Below, one piece after another: positions 19,430-29,414 of a DNA stretch of 64,000 nt; position 1 is the stretch's first letter; each line of letters begins with the position of its first letter. The notes below the pieces were generated by a model, which did not search any database, was not told where the DNA came from, and saw nothing but the letters and a program-made list of their open reading frames with translations. The DNA comes from Marine Group III euryarchaeote CG-Epi1 (GTDB taxonomy: Archaea > Thermoplasmatota > Poseidoniia > MGIII > CG-Epi1). The stretch lies in assembly GCA_001875345.1 (NCBI GenBank), contig MIZA01000001.1, positions 71,513 through 135,512 of the forward strand. The letters run 5' to 3'. Both the position numbers and the translations under genes were made by a program.

Positions 19430-20911
19430 ATGACATACAGGAACTATCACAAAAAAGTAGAAAAAATCTGTAAGATTATTGAAAAAAACAAGAATCTAAT
19501 TACAACGAGTAGAAAAGGGCATAATCATCGTGATTTACAATTCAAAATTAAGCAAACGAAAATTGAAACTGCACAACTTGATTCTATATTATCTATTGAA
19601 AAAGACTGGATAGATTGTGAAGCTTCAGTAAGCGTAGGGCAGATAAATAGAAAAACTATACCTAAAAAGAAAATGGTACCTTCATTACCTGAAGGTGATA
19701 ATTTTACAGTAGGTGGATGTTTAGGTGGATTAGCTTTAGGCTCTAATTCTTATATCCATGGATTTTTCAATAATAATGTTATAGATTTCGATATTGTGCT
19801 CGGTAATGGAGATCTTGTTAGAAATGTCTCAAAAAAAAATCATTCAGACTTGTATTACGGTATTGGAGGAACATATGGAACAATGGGAATTATCACAAGA
19901 GTCAAAATGAAGCTAATAGATTGTGAAAATTATGTGAAAATAAATTATCTACACTATAAATCTTTCAATGAATTTTATTCAGATTTTTCACTAAGGATAA
20001 AAGAACAAAAAGATGATTTCATTGAAGCTTTTGTAAATAGTAAAAATGATTTCACTATTGTATGTGCTAATTTTGTTAAAGAGATTAGAAAAGAAGAAAT
20101 ATTAATCATAAAAGATAAAAGTATTCTAAAACAAAGGCACATGTGCATTTATGCCCAGATAGCAAATAAAAAAGATTTTAACTATTTGAGACTCGTAGAT
20201 TATTTAGAAAGATACAGCTATTCTGCTTTTTGGGGCCATTATCTTTACACTCCATATAAGTTAAGAGATTATCTCTACGCAGGACTAGTTTATTCTTTAA
20301 TTCCTAGAAAAATGATTCAAGGAGACGGACTAAATGTTGGTAAATATTTCTTAGCTGCTAATCAAATTGTAGGAGATTATGCGAGAGACGAGCACGTCCT
20401 TACTACAGACATCGGCGTACCGCTATCTAATTTGAGGAAAGCTTTGGAATTAGTTGATGAAATGACTGAAACGTATCCTCTATGGATTTGTCCGAGTAAA
20501 GATAATTACCACCCTGATAAGACATTCAGTACAAGAAGAAAAGATATTTGTGAAGATAACATGATCATAGACGTAGGAATTTATGGCATTAAAAATAGTA
20601 ATATTGATTCAAAAATTATAAACCAGACCTTTGAAAAGTTTTCTTTTGCTAATGGTGTGTTTAAAGGATTTTTTTCAACGTGCTATTTTGAGTACAACCA
20701 ATTTTGGGAACACTTTGATAAAAATAAATATGACCAATTAAGGAAAAAGTACCACGCTAGTAGTAATTTTATGGATATCTATGAAAAAATTACATATAGA
20801 AATGACTCAAAGAAAATCGCCAAAAATACACTAAGAAGTAAACTCTTTACATTTTTTGGAAAAGGATATCTAAGACAAATAAATATGAATAAGAAAAAAT
20901 TAATAAAATAA
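19430..20911 (+). CDS. FAD-linked oxidoreductase, Delta24-sterol reductase (DHCR24)/BfaA-like
   Basis: PEGDNFTVGGCLGG, SYIHGFF, SDLYYGIGGTYGTMG, YPLWICP, IDVGIYG, FWEHFDKNKYDQLRKKY...DIYEK. Confidence 0.8.
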   Translation: MTYRNYHKKVEKICKIIEKNKNLITTSRKGHNHRDLQFKIKQTKIETAQLDSILSIEKDWIDCEASVSVGQINRKTIPKKKMVPSLPEGDNFTVGGCLGGLALGSNSYIHGFFNNNVIDFDIVLGNGDLVRNVSKKNHSDLYYGIGGTYGTMGIITRVKMKLIDCENYVKINYLHYKSFNEFYSDFSLRIKEQKDDFIEAFVNSKNDFTIVCANFVKEIRKEEILIIKDKSILKQRHMCIYAQIANKKDFNYLRLVDYLERYSYSAFWGHYLYTPYKLRDYLYAGLVYSLIPRKMIQGDGLNVGKYFLAANQIVGDYARDEHVLTTDIGVPLSNLRKALELVDEMTETYPLWICPSKDNYHPDKTFSTRRKDICEDNMIIDVGIYGIKNSNIDSKIINQTFEKFSFANGVFKGFFSTCYFEYNQFWEHFDKNKYDQLRKKYHASSNFMDIYEKITYRNDSKKIAKNTLRSKLFTFFGKGYLRQINMNKKKLIK

Positions 20912-20914
20912 ATT

Positions 20915-21523
20915 ATGGATGCACTAGTCGTAGGAAACAGGCCGCTGAGTAAAAGTATAATTGAATTGTCTAGGAATAAATTAATTGTTGCCGCTGACGG
21001 AGGCGCTGATAGACTTCTCGAGTATGAAATTTTGCCTGATAAAGTAATAGGTGATTTAGATTCGATTTCTGATAAAACGGCTACAAAGTTAGAAGATTGG
21101 TTAATATTAAACAAAGATATTCAAAAAACCGATTTAGAGAAAGCTGTAGAATATGCTATTGAAAGAGGTTCAAAGAAAATTCAAATTGTTGGGTGGTCAG
21201 GAGGAAGAATTGATCACACAATTGCTGCTTTAGGTCTAGCTTTTGACTCCAGAATTGAACTTATTGATGATAAATTCACCGTAAAATGTATTTCAGATTT
21301 AGAAATCATAGAAGATGAAAAAGGCACCTTATTTTCTCTAATTTCGGTCCCTGAAGCCAGAGTTAGTATCCAAGGGGCAAGATGGGAATTAGATCATGAA
21401 AAACTAAAAATGGGAGGAAGAGGAATTCATAATGAAATCGGCGAATCAGGAAAAGTAGAAATCCAATGTCACAGTGGAAATATACTCCTTATCCGCGGAA
21501 ATTTTGTTTTATTTCACCAATAA
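20915..21523 (+). CDS. thiN: Thiamine pyrophosphokinase
   Basis: AADGGA, GDLDSI, TDLEKA, GGRIDH, GIHNE. Confidence 0.9.
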   Translation: MDALVVGNRPLSKSIIELSRNKLIVAADGGADRLLEYEILPDKVIGDLDSISDKTATKLEDWLILNKDIQKTDLEKAVEYAIERGSKKIQIVGWSGGRIDHTIAALGLAFDSRIELIDDKFTVKCISDLEIIEDEKGTLFSLISVPEARVSIQGARWELDHEKLKMGGRGIHNEIGESGKVEIQCHSGNILLIRGNFVLFHQ

Positions 21524-21532
21524 TAAGATAGG

Positions 21533-22126
21533 CTATATCTTTGACAAATCAATCATTCTATCAGAAAAAAGCTTTGCTTCCTCTATGTTATGAGTTACTA
21601 ATATTGCAGGACAGCTACGATCTTTAAGCAAAGCTCTCACGTCATTTATTAATTTGATTGACATGTCTAAATCTAATGCACTAAATGGCTCATCTAACAA
21701 TAAGACATTTGGATTCGCAAGAAGAGCTCTAGCGAGAGCGACTCTCTGTCCCTCACCTCCTGACAAAGTATCTACATCTCTATCTTCAAAGTTAGGCAAA
21801 CCTACTTCGACAAGAGCTTTATCATGATTATTAAATGAAGCAAGTGAAAGATTTCCGGAAACTGTTAAATGAGGATAAAGAACCGGTTTCTGAAAAAGTA
21901 AACCAATACCACGCTCTTCTGCAGGAATTTTAGTTATGTCATCACCATTCAACAATATTTTGCCCGAATCTAACTCTTCAAGGCCGCAAATGCATCTTAA
22001 AAGCGTAGTTTTACCACAGCCCGAAGGACCTATTATTGCTAATATTTCTCCTTTTTCAAGATTTATGTTCAATTCATTAAAGAGAATTTTACCATATTTT
22101 TTAGACAAATTAAGACAGCTTAGCAT
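21533..22126 (-). CDS. thiQ: ABC transporter ATP-binding subunit (thiamine, ThiQ-like)
   Basis: GPSGCGKT, LSGGEGQR, LLLDEP, VTH; in an operon with thiB and thiP. Confidence 0.8.
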   Translation of the reverse strand: MLSCLNLSKKYGKILFNELNINLEKGEILAIIGPSGCGKTTLLRCICGLEELDSGKILLNGDDITKIPAEERGIGLLFQKPVLYPHLTVSGNLSLASFNNHDKALVEVGLPNFEDRDVDTLSGGEGQRVALARALLANPNVLLLDEPFSALDLDMSIKLINDVRALLKDRSCPAILVTHNIEEAKLFSDRMIDLSKI

Positions 22127-23796
22127 CAGAACATACCTCTGTCTTTAGTATTTCTAAATTTTTCAACTATCAAGAATAGAATCATTGTAATTAACATAAG
22201 AACCGTAGCAACTGCATTCGAAGATGGAACCGTAAGTGGATCTTTCATAGGTTTGCCTCTTAAAGAATCTATTAGTAAAGGAAGAGTTATCCATTCTGAA
22301 TTACGAGCAACAATAAAGGAAGCTCCAAATTCACCCAAAGACATAGCTAATGTAAAAACCGTAGCAACTAGAATGGAACCTTTCATTAACGGCAATTTAA
22401 TCTTAAAGAACCTGCTAAAATTACTCATTCCCAAGACTTTGGCATTCTCATCGTAACTTAAATCAAAGGAACGCAAAGCTGGTAAGATAATTCGTACTAC
22501 AAAAGGGACTGTGATTATAACATGAGCAAGAACTGGTAAAAAACGAAAATCATATGCTGCACTCGGATTAAGTTTGATTATACCTAACATGACACCTAAT
22601 CCAATCATAGCCGCACTTAGAGCAAAAGGTAACATTGTGTATATTTCTAATATTCTAGATAAATTAGAATTGTTTTCTTCAAGCTGGTGTATCGTTGATG
22701 CTAAAATATATCCTAAGGGTAATGCAATAATTAAGGTTCCAAATGAATAAATTAATGAGTTGAATAAAGCTTCCGAAAGCGGTGGGAATGAATATGATCC
22801 TTGGAATGCTTCATACCAGCCTTCTGTACTCCATTTAAATGAAATTGAATTCTCACTCACGTCTCTAACTCTAAATGAACCCAGAATTACTGAAATAATA
22901 GGTAATTGCACGAAAAAAATAGCTGGTACTAAAACAAACCAGCCTTTAGCATTTTTATTTTGAACAAATAATTCACTCGCTTGTTGCCATTTTGTTTGCC
23001 TCCTTTGCTGTAAAAAAGACATTAGCCAAAGAGATGCCAAAAGTACCAAAAATTGAATAAACGAGGCTCCAAGAACGATATCTGAAGATGACTCCATGTA
23101 GCCTTGAATTCCTGCTGAAGAAGATACTTCAGCCATGGTACTTTCAAGTGTTTTATCTCTGACTGTAATCCACTTAACAAGTGCGAAAGAAGTAAATGAA
23201 AAAACGAAAGTCATGCATGATGCTGCAGCAATCGAAGGCGTCAAAATAGGTATCCATAAATTTTTTAACCTTGAAAAAAAAGTAATGCCATTAGGTAATA
23301 GCAATAATTGTTCTTCAAAATTAGGATTTAAAGTCGATAAAACGGGTTCACAAAATCGAATTATTAAAGCAATATTAAACCAAGCATGAGAAAAAATCAA
23401 AGTCCACCACCAAGTAGATTCGTCAGTCCTAACGTCTAATCCATATGGTCCTGTAATGGTCAAAAAACCCATTGCTGCGATAATCGCTGGAATAACAAAA
23501 GGTAATGTTAGAATTGACCTCAAAAAAGCCTTGAATGGCCAACTGTATCTCCCTAAAACCCAAGCTACGGGAAAACCAATTAATACAGTTAGAATTGTTG
23601 AGAAAAAGGCCTGAACAAAAGTAAAAGTGATACTATTTTGTGATACGTAGTTTTGATCTAATGATTGAATCCATAATATAGGATTAAAGCCAGATACCAA
23701 AATTAGTCTATCTATGGCAAAAACAATTGGAATAATTGTAATTGCAGAATATATGAAAACTGCTAAAATGCTAAAAAACTTTTGAGTATTATTCAC
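22126..23796 (-). CDS. thiP: Thiamine ABC transporter permease
   Basis: Duplicated BPD_transp domains, LPFVIP, FSFTSF, SLGEFGA; context. Confidence 0.85.
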   Translation of the reverse strand: MNNTQKFFSILAVFIYSAITIIPIVFAIDRLILVSGFNPILWIQSLDQNYVSQNSITFTFVQAFFSTILTVLIGFPVAWVLGRYSWPFKAFLRSILTLPFVIPAIIAAMGFLTITGPYGLDVRTDESTWWWTLIFSHAWFNIALIIRFCEPVLSTLNPNFEEQLLLLPNGITFFSRLKNLWIPILTPSIAAASCMTFVFSFTSFALVKWITVRDKTLESTMAEVSSSAGIQGYMESSSDIVLGASFIQFLVLLASLWLMSFLQQRRQTKWQQASELFVQNKNAKGWFVLVPAIFFVQLPIISVILGSFRVRDVSENSISFKWSTEGWYEAFQGSYSFPPLSEALFNSLIYSFGTLIIALPLGYILASTIHQLEENNSNLSRILEIYTMLPFALSAAMIGLGVMLGIIKLNPSAAYDFRFLPVLAHVIITVPFVVRIILPALRSFDLSYDENAKVLGMSNFSRFFKIKLPLMKGSILVATVFTLAMSLGEFGASFIVARNSEWITLPLLIDSLRGKPMKDPLTVPSSNAVATVLMLITMILFLIVEKFRNTKDRGMF

Positions 23797-24898
23797 TTTT
23801 AATCATTGCTTCATTCCATTCTTCAAGCCAAATCTCCATATTTTTACCAATATCTACGTTAGATATGACTGCTGGATTAGACGGAATTATTGAATTAAAG
23901 CGGTAACCATTTTCTTCTGGTAAATTTTGTCCTTCTAAAACTGAATACATTAAATTTTCAACCGGCATTTGTGAATTAACTTCTGAAGAAATGAGATATT
24001 CAATAAACTTTTCTGCATTTTCTGAGTTTCCTCCCTTGATTGCTGAGGCGTACTCCACTTGGAAGAAAGCTGTCTTGTCAATATCAAGTGAGGCTGATTT
24101 TGTCCAGTTACCATTGTACCATGACTCAACGCCTGGAGAGTGACAATAAGATACTGTAATGTGTGCATCCCCGATATAACCTTCAGTATATTCTCCATAA
24201 CCTCCAGTATAATGTGTCTCATAAGCTTCTGACCAACCTGAGGTTATGATTGCATCATTGTCTTTCATGGCAGTCCACCAATTACTAAAATCATCGTCAT
24301 TATTTTGCCAGTCAAAATAATCAAGAGTCGCAAGCATAAATCCTCGTCCAGGACTACTTGTAATTGGCGACGGAAGTGCTACTTTTCCTTTCCATTCTGG
24401 CTCAGTAAGGTTCCACAAGCTTGTGGGTATTGTAAAGTTTAATCCATCAACAATGCTTGAATCATAATTAAGGCAGATAAACCCCATATCAAATGGAGTC
24501 GCTAAATTTCCATCATAGGGGCCCAGAGCTGGCATTTGACTAGATGAATTTCTTCCTGAAATTGAATCTTGTACAATGCTGACCTCTTCAAGAAGGTCCA
24601 ATTCAATAGCTGTTGGAAGATATGTATTGTCTAGGCCAATAGCCAAATCGACATTACCTACTCCTTTATTCTGAATCAAATAACTAAGGATAGATCCTGA
24701 ATCTTCAACCTTAATCATCTTAACTTCTAAACCTGTACTATTTTCAAACTTAGAGATCATGCTGTCAGATAAAGCATTAACATCATAAGTTAAGATAACT
24801 AACTCGTTATCACTCTTATCCTCTGAAATACAACCTGTAAAAGAAGGAAATAAAATTAAACAGGCAACCATTAACTTACTAAAATGTGGAAAATTCAT
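23789..24898 (-). CDS. thiB: Thiamine ABC transporter substrate-binding lipoprotein
   Basis: FTGC lipobox-like, GLDNTYL, SSPGRGF, GWSEAY, VSYCHSP, QVEY. Start chosen at the ATG overlapping the thiR stop, with GGTGA upstream. Confidence 0.9.
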   Translation of the reverse strand: MNFPHFSKLMVACLILFPSFTGCISEDKSDNELVILTYDVNALSDSMISKFENSTGLEVKMIKVEDSGSILSYLIQNKGVGNVDLAIGLDNTYLPTAIELDLLEEVSIVQDSISGRNSSSQMPALGPYDGNLATPFDMGFICLNYDSSIVDGLNFTIPTSLWNLTEPEWKGKVALPSPITSSPGRGFMLATLDYFDWQNNDDDFSNWWTAMKDNDAIITSGWSEAYETHYTGGYGEYTEGYIGDAHITVSYCHSPGVESWYNGNWTKSASLDIDKTAFFQVEYASAIKGGNSENAEKFIEYLISSEVNSQMPVENLMYSVLEGQNLPEENGYRFNSIIPSNPAVISNVDIGKNMEIWLEEWNEAMIKSE

Positions 24899-25710
24899 GC
24901 CATCACCCTCATTGAAGATGCTATATTTTCCACAATCTGACAAACTGTATCAGATTCTGAGCTAAAAATGTATAATGATGGTTCAAAACCATATCCACCT
25001 TCGTCTATCATAGCATTTGATTTTAAAACATTCTTACTAATTACTAAATCCTCATCATTTCTTTTTAGTTTAACGATTTTTAAATCTAGTTTCTCAAGTA
25101 CTTCTGATATCATAGGATCCCATCTAAGATTTATTATTGTAGATATTTTAGAATCCAGTTTCCTTAACTCTAGCAACAAATCCGATAAGTGAGAAGAACC
25201 TCCAAATTTTGGAGATGAAATAGGCCGTGCTTTGTTTCCAATCGGTGTTAAACGACCTGGGAATGCAGCAATATCGGATTTACTCACCGCATCATTAGAG
25301 GCCATTGCTATGTTAACACGCACCTGAGGAGAAAGTAAAGGTAAAGCAGATTCCAAACGCCGGCGCACTGCTGTTAATTGATTAAGAATTTGCTCTTTGT
25401 CATCTTGTAAAGGAAAATTAATACTGATTACTTGTTCGTCTACATTAATATTTAATGACCATTTAGATACTTCTTGAGATTTTAAAATATCTGCTAATGA
25501 TACAGAGGCTTCTTGCAAATTACTTTCTATTGGCTCGCTATATTTTTTAGGTAAAGTATGCAAATAGTTACCAGCCATTACCTGACTAACGCCTAAGGCT
25601 TTACCTAAGTTGGATTGAGTCCAGCCTTCATTTGACAAAATTCTACAAGTCCTTCCTCTCAACTCTTTAATCAAAGTTCCGTTTAATTCCACAGGCATCA
25701 TATTAATCAT
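24895..25710 (-). CDS. thiR: ThiR-like transcriptional regulator (XRE HTH + ThiN-like thiamine-phosphate sensing domain)
   Basis: N-terminal WTQSNLGKALGVSQ HTH; PQVRVNIAMA, DIAAFPGR, KFGGSSH, DEGGYGFEP; heads the thiBPQ operon. Confidence 0.8.
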   Translation of the reverse strand: MINMMPVELNGTLIKELRGRTCRILSNEGWTQSNLGKALGVSQVMAGNYLHTLPKKYSEPIESNLQEASVSLADILKSQEVSKWSLNINVDEQVISINFPLQDDKEQILNQLTAVRRRLESALPLLSPQVRVNIAMASNDAVSKSDIAAFPGRLTPIGNKARPISSPKFGGSSHLSDLLLELRKLDSKISTIINLRWDPMISEVLEKLDLKIVKLKRNDEDLVISKNVLKSNAMIDEGGYGFEPSLYIFSSESDTVCQIVENIASSMRVMA

Positions 25711-25771
25711 TTATATTAATTAATAACTTATTTATAAAATTATGTAAAGCTTTTTCAAAGGGCTGGCTTAA

Positions 25772-27106
25772 ATGAGAAATAGGAGAAAAAAATTGGCTGA
25801 AAATATTCCTTTAGAAAAACAACATTTAGATGATATTTTTAATGAAACTGGATTTAATTCAAAAAACTTATCTATTAGAGAAACTAATAGACTAGCTACA
25901 ATAATTAACAATAAACATAACATAGAATTTGTTAGGATGGAGATGGGAATTCCTAATATCCCTACTTCTGATATTGCTAAAGAAGCCGAAAAAGAAGCAA
26001 TCGATAAAGGATTACAAGGATTCTATCCTCCATTCGATGGAATTCCTGAGTTGAAGAAGGCAGGATGTGAATTTGCAAAAGCTTTCTTAGATTTAGACTT
26101 AGAAAATAAGCATATCATCCCTACATGCGGTTCACTACAAGGTGGATACATTTCTCAGGCGCTGGCAGGGAATATGATAAAGGGCAAAAAAACCATTCTT
26201 TACTTAGATCCTACATTCCCTGTAACAAGATACCAAGCTAAATTTTTGGGACTTGAGGCTATTGGAATTGATTTATATGACTACAGAGGCGAAAAACTAA
26301 TTAATGAGATAAAAAAGCATGTTGTAAATGGACAAATTGGTGGAATATTATGGTCATCGCCTAATAATCCTAGCTGGTCATGCCTTAATGATTTTGAACT
26401 AAAAGAAATTGCAGATATTTGCGATACTAACGAAATTCTTGCAATTGAAGATTTAGCTTATATCGGAATGGATTTCAGAAAGGACTACTCTGTCCCATTT
26501 TCTGAGCCATTTATTCCAACAATTGGAAAATACGGTAAGAATTGGATTACGTTGATATCTGCATCTAAAGCATTTTCATTTCCTGGACCAAGATGTGCTA
26601 TAGCAATAATTTCTCCTCATATCAACGAAAAAAAATATACTAACTTAAAAAAATTTTGCGACAGAGAACAATTTGGACATGCATTCTCCTTAGGCGGATT
26701 GTATGTTACTACCTCAGGAACAAGTCATACTGCTCAATATGGACTAGCTAAAATGCTAGAGGCTGCAACAAGTGGAGAATTTAATTTCATAGAAATTACA
26801 AGCGAATACGGAAGAAGAGCGGAAAAAGTAAAGGAAATATTCTTAAAATACGGATTCGAACAAGTTTACAAAAAAGATATGGATGAAACTGTTGGAAATG
26901 GTTTCTACTTGACAATGTCATATCCGGGATATGGAGGTAACGATCTTATGCTCGAATTATTAAGATATGGAATATCCACTATCACTCTAAAATCAACAGG
27001 TTCAGTTAGACACGAAGGGCTGCGCGTGTGTATTTCTTTTATAGGGCTAGACGAGATGCCAACATTAGAAAATAAATTACAAAAATTTATGGAAGACCAC
27101 AAATGA
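25772..27106 (+). CDS. PLP-dependent class I/II aminotransferase
   Basis: RMEMGIP, SSPNNP, EDLAY, SASKAFSFPGPR, GLRVC. Confidence 0.88.
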   Translation: MRNRRKKLAENIPLEKQHLDDIFNETGFNSKNLSIRETNRLATIINNKHNIEFVRMEMGIPNIPTSDIAKEAEKEAIDKGLQGFYPPFDGIPELKKAGCEFAKAFLDLDLENKHIIPTCGSLQGGYISQALAGNMIKGKKTILYLDPTFPVTRYQAKFLGLEAIGIDLYDYRGEKLINEIKKHVVNGQIGGILWSSPNNPSWSCLNDFELKEIADICDTNEILAIEDLAYIGMDFRKDYSVPFSEPFIPTIGKYGKNWITLISASKAFSFPGPRCAIAIISPHINEKKYTNLKKFCDREQFGHAFSLGGLYVTTSGTSHTAQYGLAKMLEAATSGEFNFIEITSEYGRRAEKVKEIFLKYGFEQVYKKDMDETVGNGFYLTMSYPGYGGNDLMLELLRYGISTITLKSTGSVRHEGLRVCISFIGLDEMPTLENKLQKFMEDHK

Positions 27107-28122
27107 AACCTGATGAAATTGATTATGATAATTTGACGTTTTCGTTCACCGAAACAAAATCAATGTATGTTTCAAAATGTAAACTTGGCGAAGATTGGAA
27201 AAAAGGACAGTTAATCCCTTTTAATGACATTAAAATTTCACCTGCTGCTACAATTCTAAATTATGGTCAAGGCCTCTTTGAGGGTATGAAAGCTTACCGA
27301 ACCAAAAACAATGAAATCATTATGTTCCGTCCTGAGGAAAATGCCAAAAGAGCTGCAAATGGATGTCTAAGATTATCAATGCCTGAAATTTCTGAAAGCG
27401 TATTCTTAGACGGGGTTACAAATGTCGTAAAAGATAACATTGATTATATTCCTAGTACGGAAAAGGGTGCACTCTATGTAAGACCAATTATATTCGGTTC
27501 TGGAGAAGGCCTCGGAGTTGCCCCTTCTTCGGATTACACATTCATGGTATACTGTTCCCCCGTTGGACCTTATTTCAAAGGAGGATTAACTCCGATTAAA
27601 CTTATAGTAACTAATGATTACCATCGTGCACCTTTGAAAGGAACTGGAGGTGTGAAGGCTGTGGGAAACTACGTTCCTGGAATGCTCCCAAGTGGAGTTG
27701 CTAAGAAACAAGGATATGCTGAAGTAATTTACCTAGATGCTGCAGAAGAAAAATATATTGAAGAAGTTGGAGCTGCAAACTTTTTTGCAATATTTGGAAA
27801 TAAATTAGTCACGCCAAACTTAACCGGTTCTATATTACCTGGAATAACAAGAGATTCAGTTCTATTTTTAGCTAAAAACGAACTAAATATGGATGTGGAG
27901 GAAAGAAGAATTAGTATTGATGAAGTTATGAAAGCAGATGAAATCTTCTGTGCAGGTACTGCAGCAATCATCTCACCAATTGGATCAATAAGATATAAAG
28001 ACAATAAGTACAATTTTTCTAATGGGGAAGTTGGTAAAATAACTAATAAACTATATAATTTTTTAACAGACATACAATTTGGAAACAGAAACGACGACTA
28101 TGGATGGATTAAAAAATTATGA
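27103..28122 (+). CDS. ilvE: Branched-chain amino acid aminotransferase
   Basis: LNYGQGLFEGMKAY, LYVRP, KAVGNY, EEVGAANFF, ILPGITR, GTAA. Confidence 0.95.
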   Translation: MKPDEIDYDNLTFSFTETKSMYVSKCKLGEDWKKGQLIPFNDIKISPAATILNYGQGLFEGMKAYRTKNNEIIMFRPEENAKRAANGCLRLSMPEISESVFLDGVTNVVKDNIDYIPSTEKGALYVRPIIFGSGEGLGVAPSSDYTFMVYCSPVGPYFKGGLTPIKLIVTNDYHRAPLKGTGGVKAVGNYVPGMLPSGVAKKQGYAEVIYLDAAEEKYIEEVGAANFFAIFGNKLVTPNLTGSILPGITRDSVLFLAKNELNMDVEERRISIDEVMKADEIFCAGTAAIISPIGSIRYKDNKYNFSNGEVGKITNKLYNFLTDIQFGNRNDDYGWIKKL

Positions 28123-29414
28123 AAGAAAATGTTCTTACTAAAAAAATAACTGATAAAAAAGCTATAATTGGAATAATTGGAATGGGGTATGTAGGAATTC
28201 CTTTGGGCATTGAATTTGCTCAAAATGGATTTGAGGTGTTGGGCTTCGATACCGATGAAGATAAGGTAAATGACATTAATTCGGGCAAACAAATAATGAA
28301 ACATATATCTACAAAAAAGATGAAAGGTTTCATTGAAAACGGAAGTAGGGCGACCTCAGAATTTAATGAACTGGAAACTGTTGACTGTATCTTAATGTGC
28401 GTTCCAACGCCACTAGATATCTACGAACAACCAGACATGTCGTTTGTTGAAAAAGCAACTACTACTATTTCTCAAAATCTTAAAAAAGGACAACTAATAA
28501 TTTTAGAATCTACCACTTATCCTGGAACAACGAAGGAAATTATTAAACCTATTTTAGAAACATCTGGTTTAGTTGCAGGCAAAGATTTCTTTTTAGCATA
28601 TTCTCCTGAACGTGAAGATCCTGGAAATAAAGATTTTTCAGTTTCTAGAATTCCAAAAGTAATTGGAGGATTAACGTCAAAGTGTCTTAATGTTGCAAAC
28701 GCCCTATATTCACAAATAATTGACAAAACCATTAACGTTAGCTCGCCTGAAACCGCGGAAGCTACGAAATTAATGGAAAACATATTTCGTGCTGTGAACA
28801 TAGCAATGGTAAACGAGCTAAAATTAATTTTTGAAAGAATGAATATTAATATTTGGGAGGTCATTGATGCTGCAGATAGTAAGCCATTTGGATTTATGCC
28901 ATTTTATCCAGGGCCGGGAATGGGAGGGCATTGTATCCCAATAGATCCTTTTTATCTTTCTTGGAAGGCAAAAGAATACAATACAGAGGCAAAATTTATA
29001 GAACTAGCTGGCGAAATAAATCGTAAAATGACTGAAAATGTAGCTCACAGAGTTGGAAAAGCTTTGAATGACCATTCTAAAAGTATACGAGATAGTAAAA
29101 TATTGGTATTAGGACTAGCTTACAAAAAAGATATTGATGATATGAGGGAATCGCCTGCATTAAAAATAATAGAGTTACTGAAATTTAAAGGTGCAAAAAT
29201 ATGCTATCATGATCCTTACATTAAAAATGCAACTAAAATCGAATATGCTGATTTAAGTAAAGATAATTTAGCCAAAGCTGATGCTGTTTTAATCACTACG
29301 GATCACTCAAATGTAGATTATGAAAAGGTAGGGAAATACGCTAAGCTAGTTATTGATACAAGAAATGTAATGGCTAGTGTAAAAAATCCAAAGGCTCATA
29401 TCTTAAGAGCATGA
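28119..29414 (+). CDS. UDP-N-acetylhexosamine 6-dehydrogenase (WbpA/WecC-like)
   Basis: GMGYVG, CVPTP, ESTTYPG, SPEREDPGN, GGHCIPIDP, DMRESP. Confidence 0.92.
   Translation: MKENVLTKKITDKKAIIGIIGMGYVGIPLGIEFAQNGFEVLGFDTDEDKVNDINSGKQIMKHISTKKMKGFIENGSRATSEFNELETVDCILMCVPTPLDIYEQPDMSFVEKATTTISQNLKKGQLIILESTTYPGTTKEIIKPILETSGLVAGKDFFLAYSPEREDPGNKDFSVSRIPKVIGGLTSKCLNVANALYSQIIDKTINVSSPETAEATKLMENIFRAVNIAMVNELKLIFERMNINIWEVIDAADSKPFGFMPFYPGPGMGGHCIPIDPFYLSWKAKEYNTEAKFIELAGEINRKMTENVAHRVGKALNDHSKSIRDSKILVLGLAYKKDIDDMRESPALKIIELLKFKGAKICYHDPYIKNATKIEYADLSKDNLAKADAVLITTDHSNVDYEKVGKYAKLVIDTRNVMASVKNPKAHILRA

Noticed and set aside
24895-25771. TPP riboswitch for thiBPQ
   Set aside because: thiR overlaps thiB, and the short upstream gap is almost pure A/T with no TPP aptamer core.
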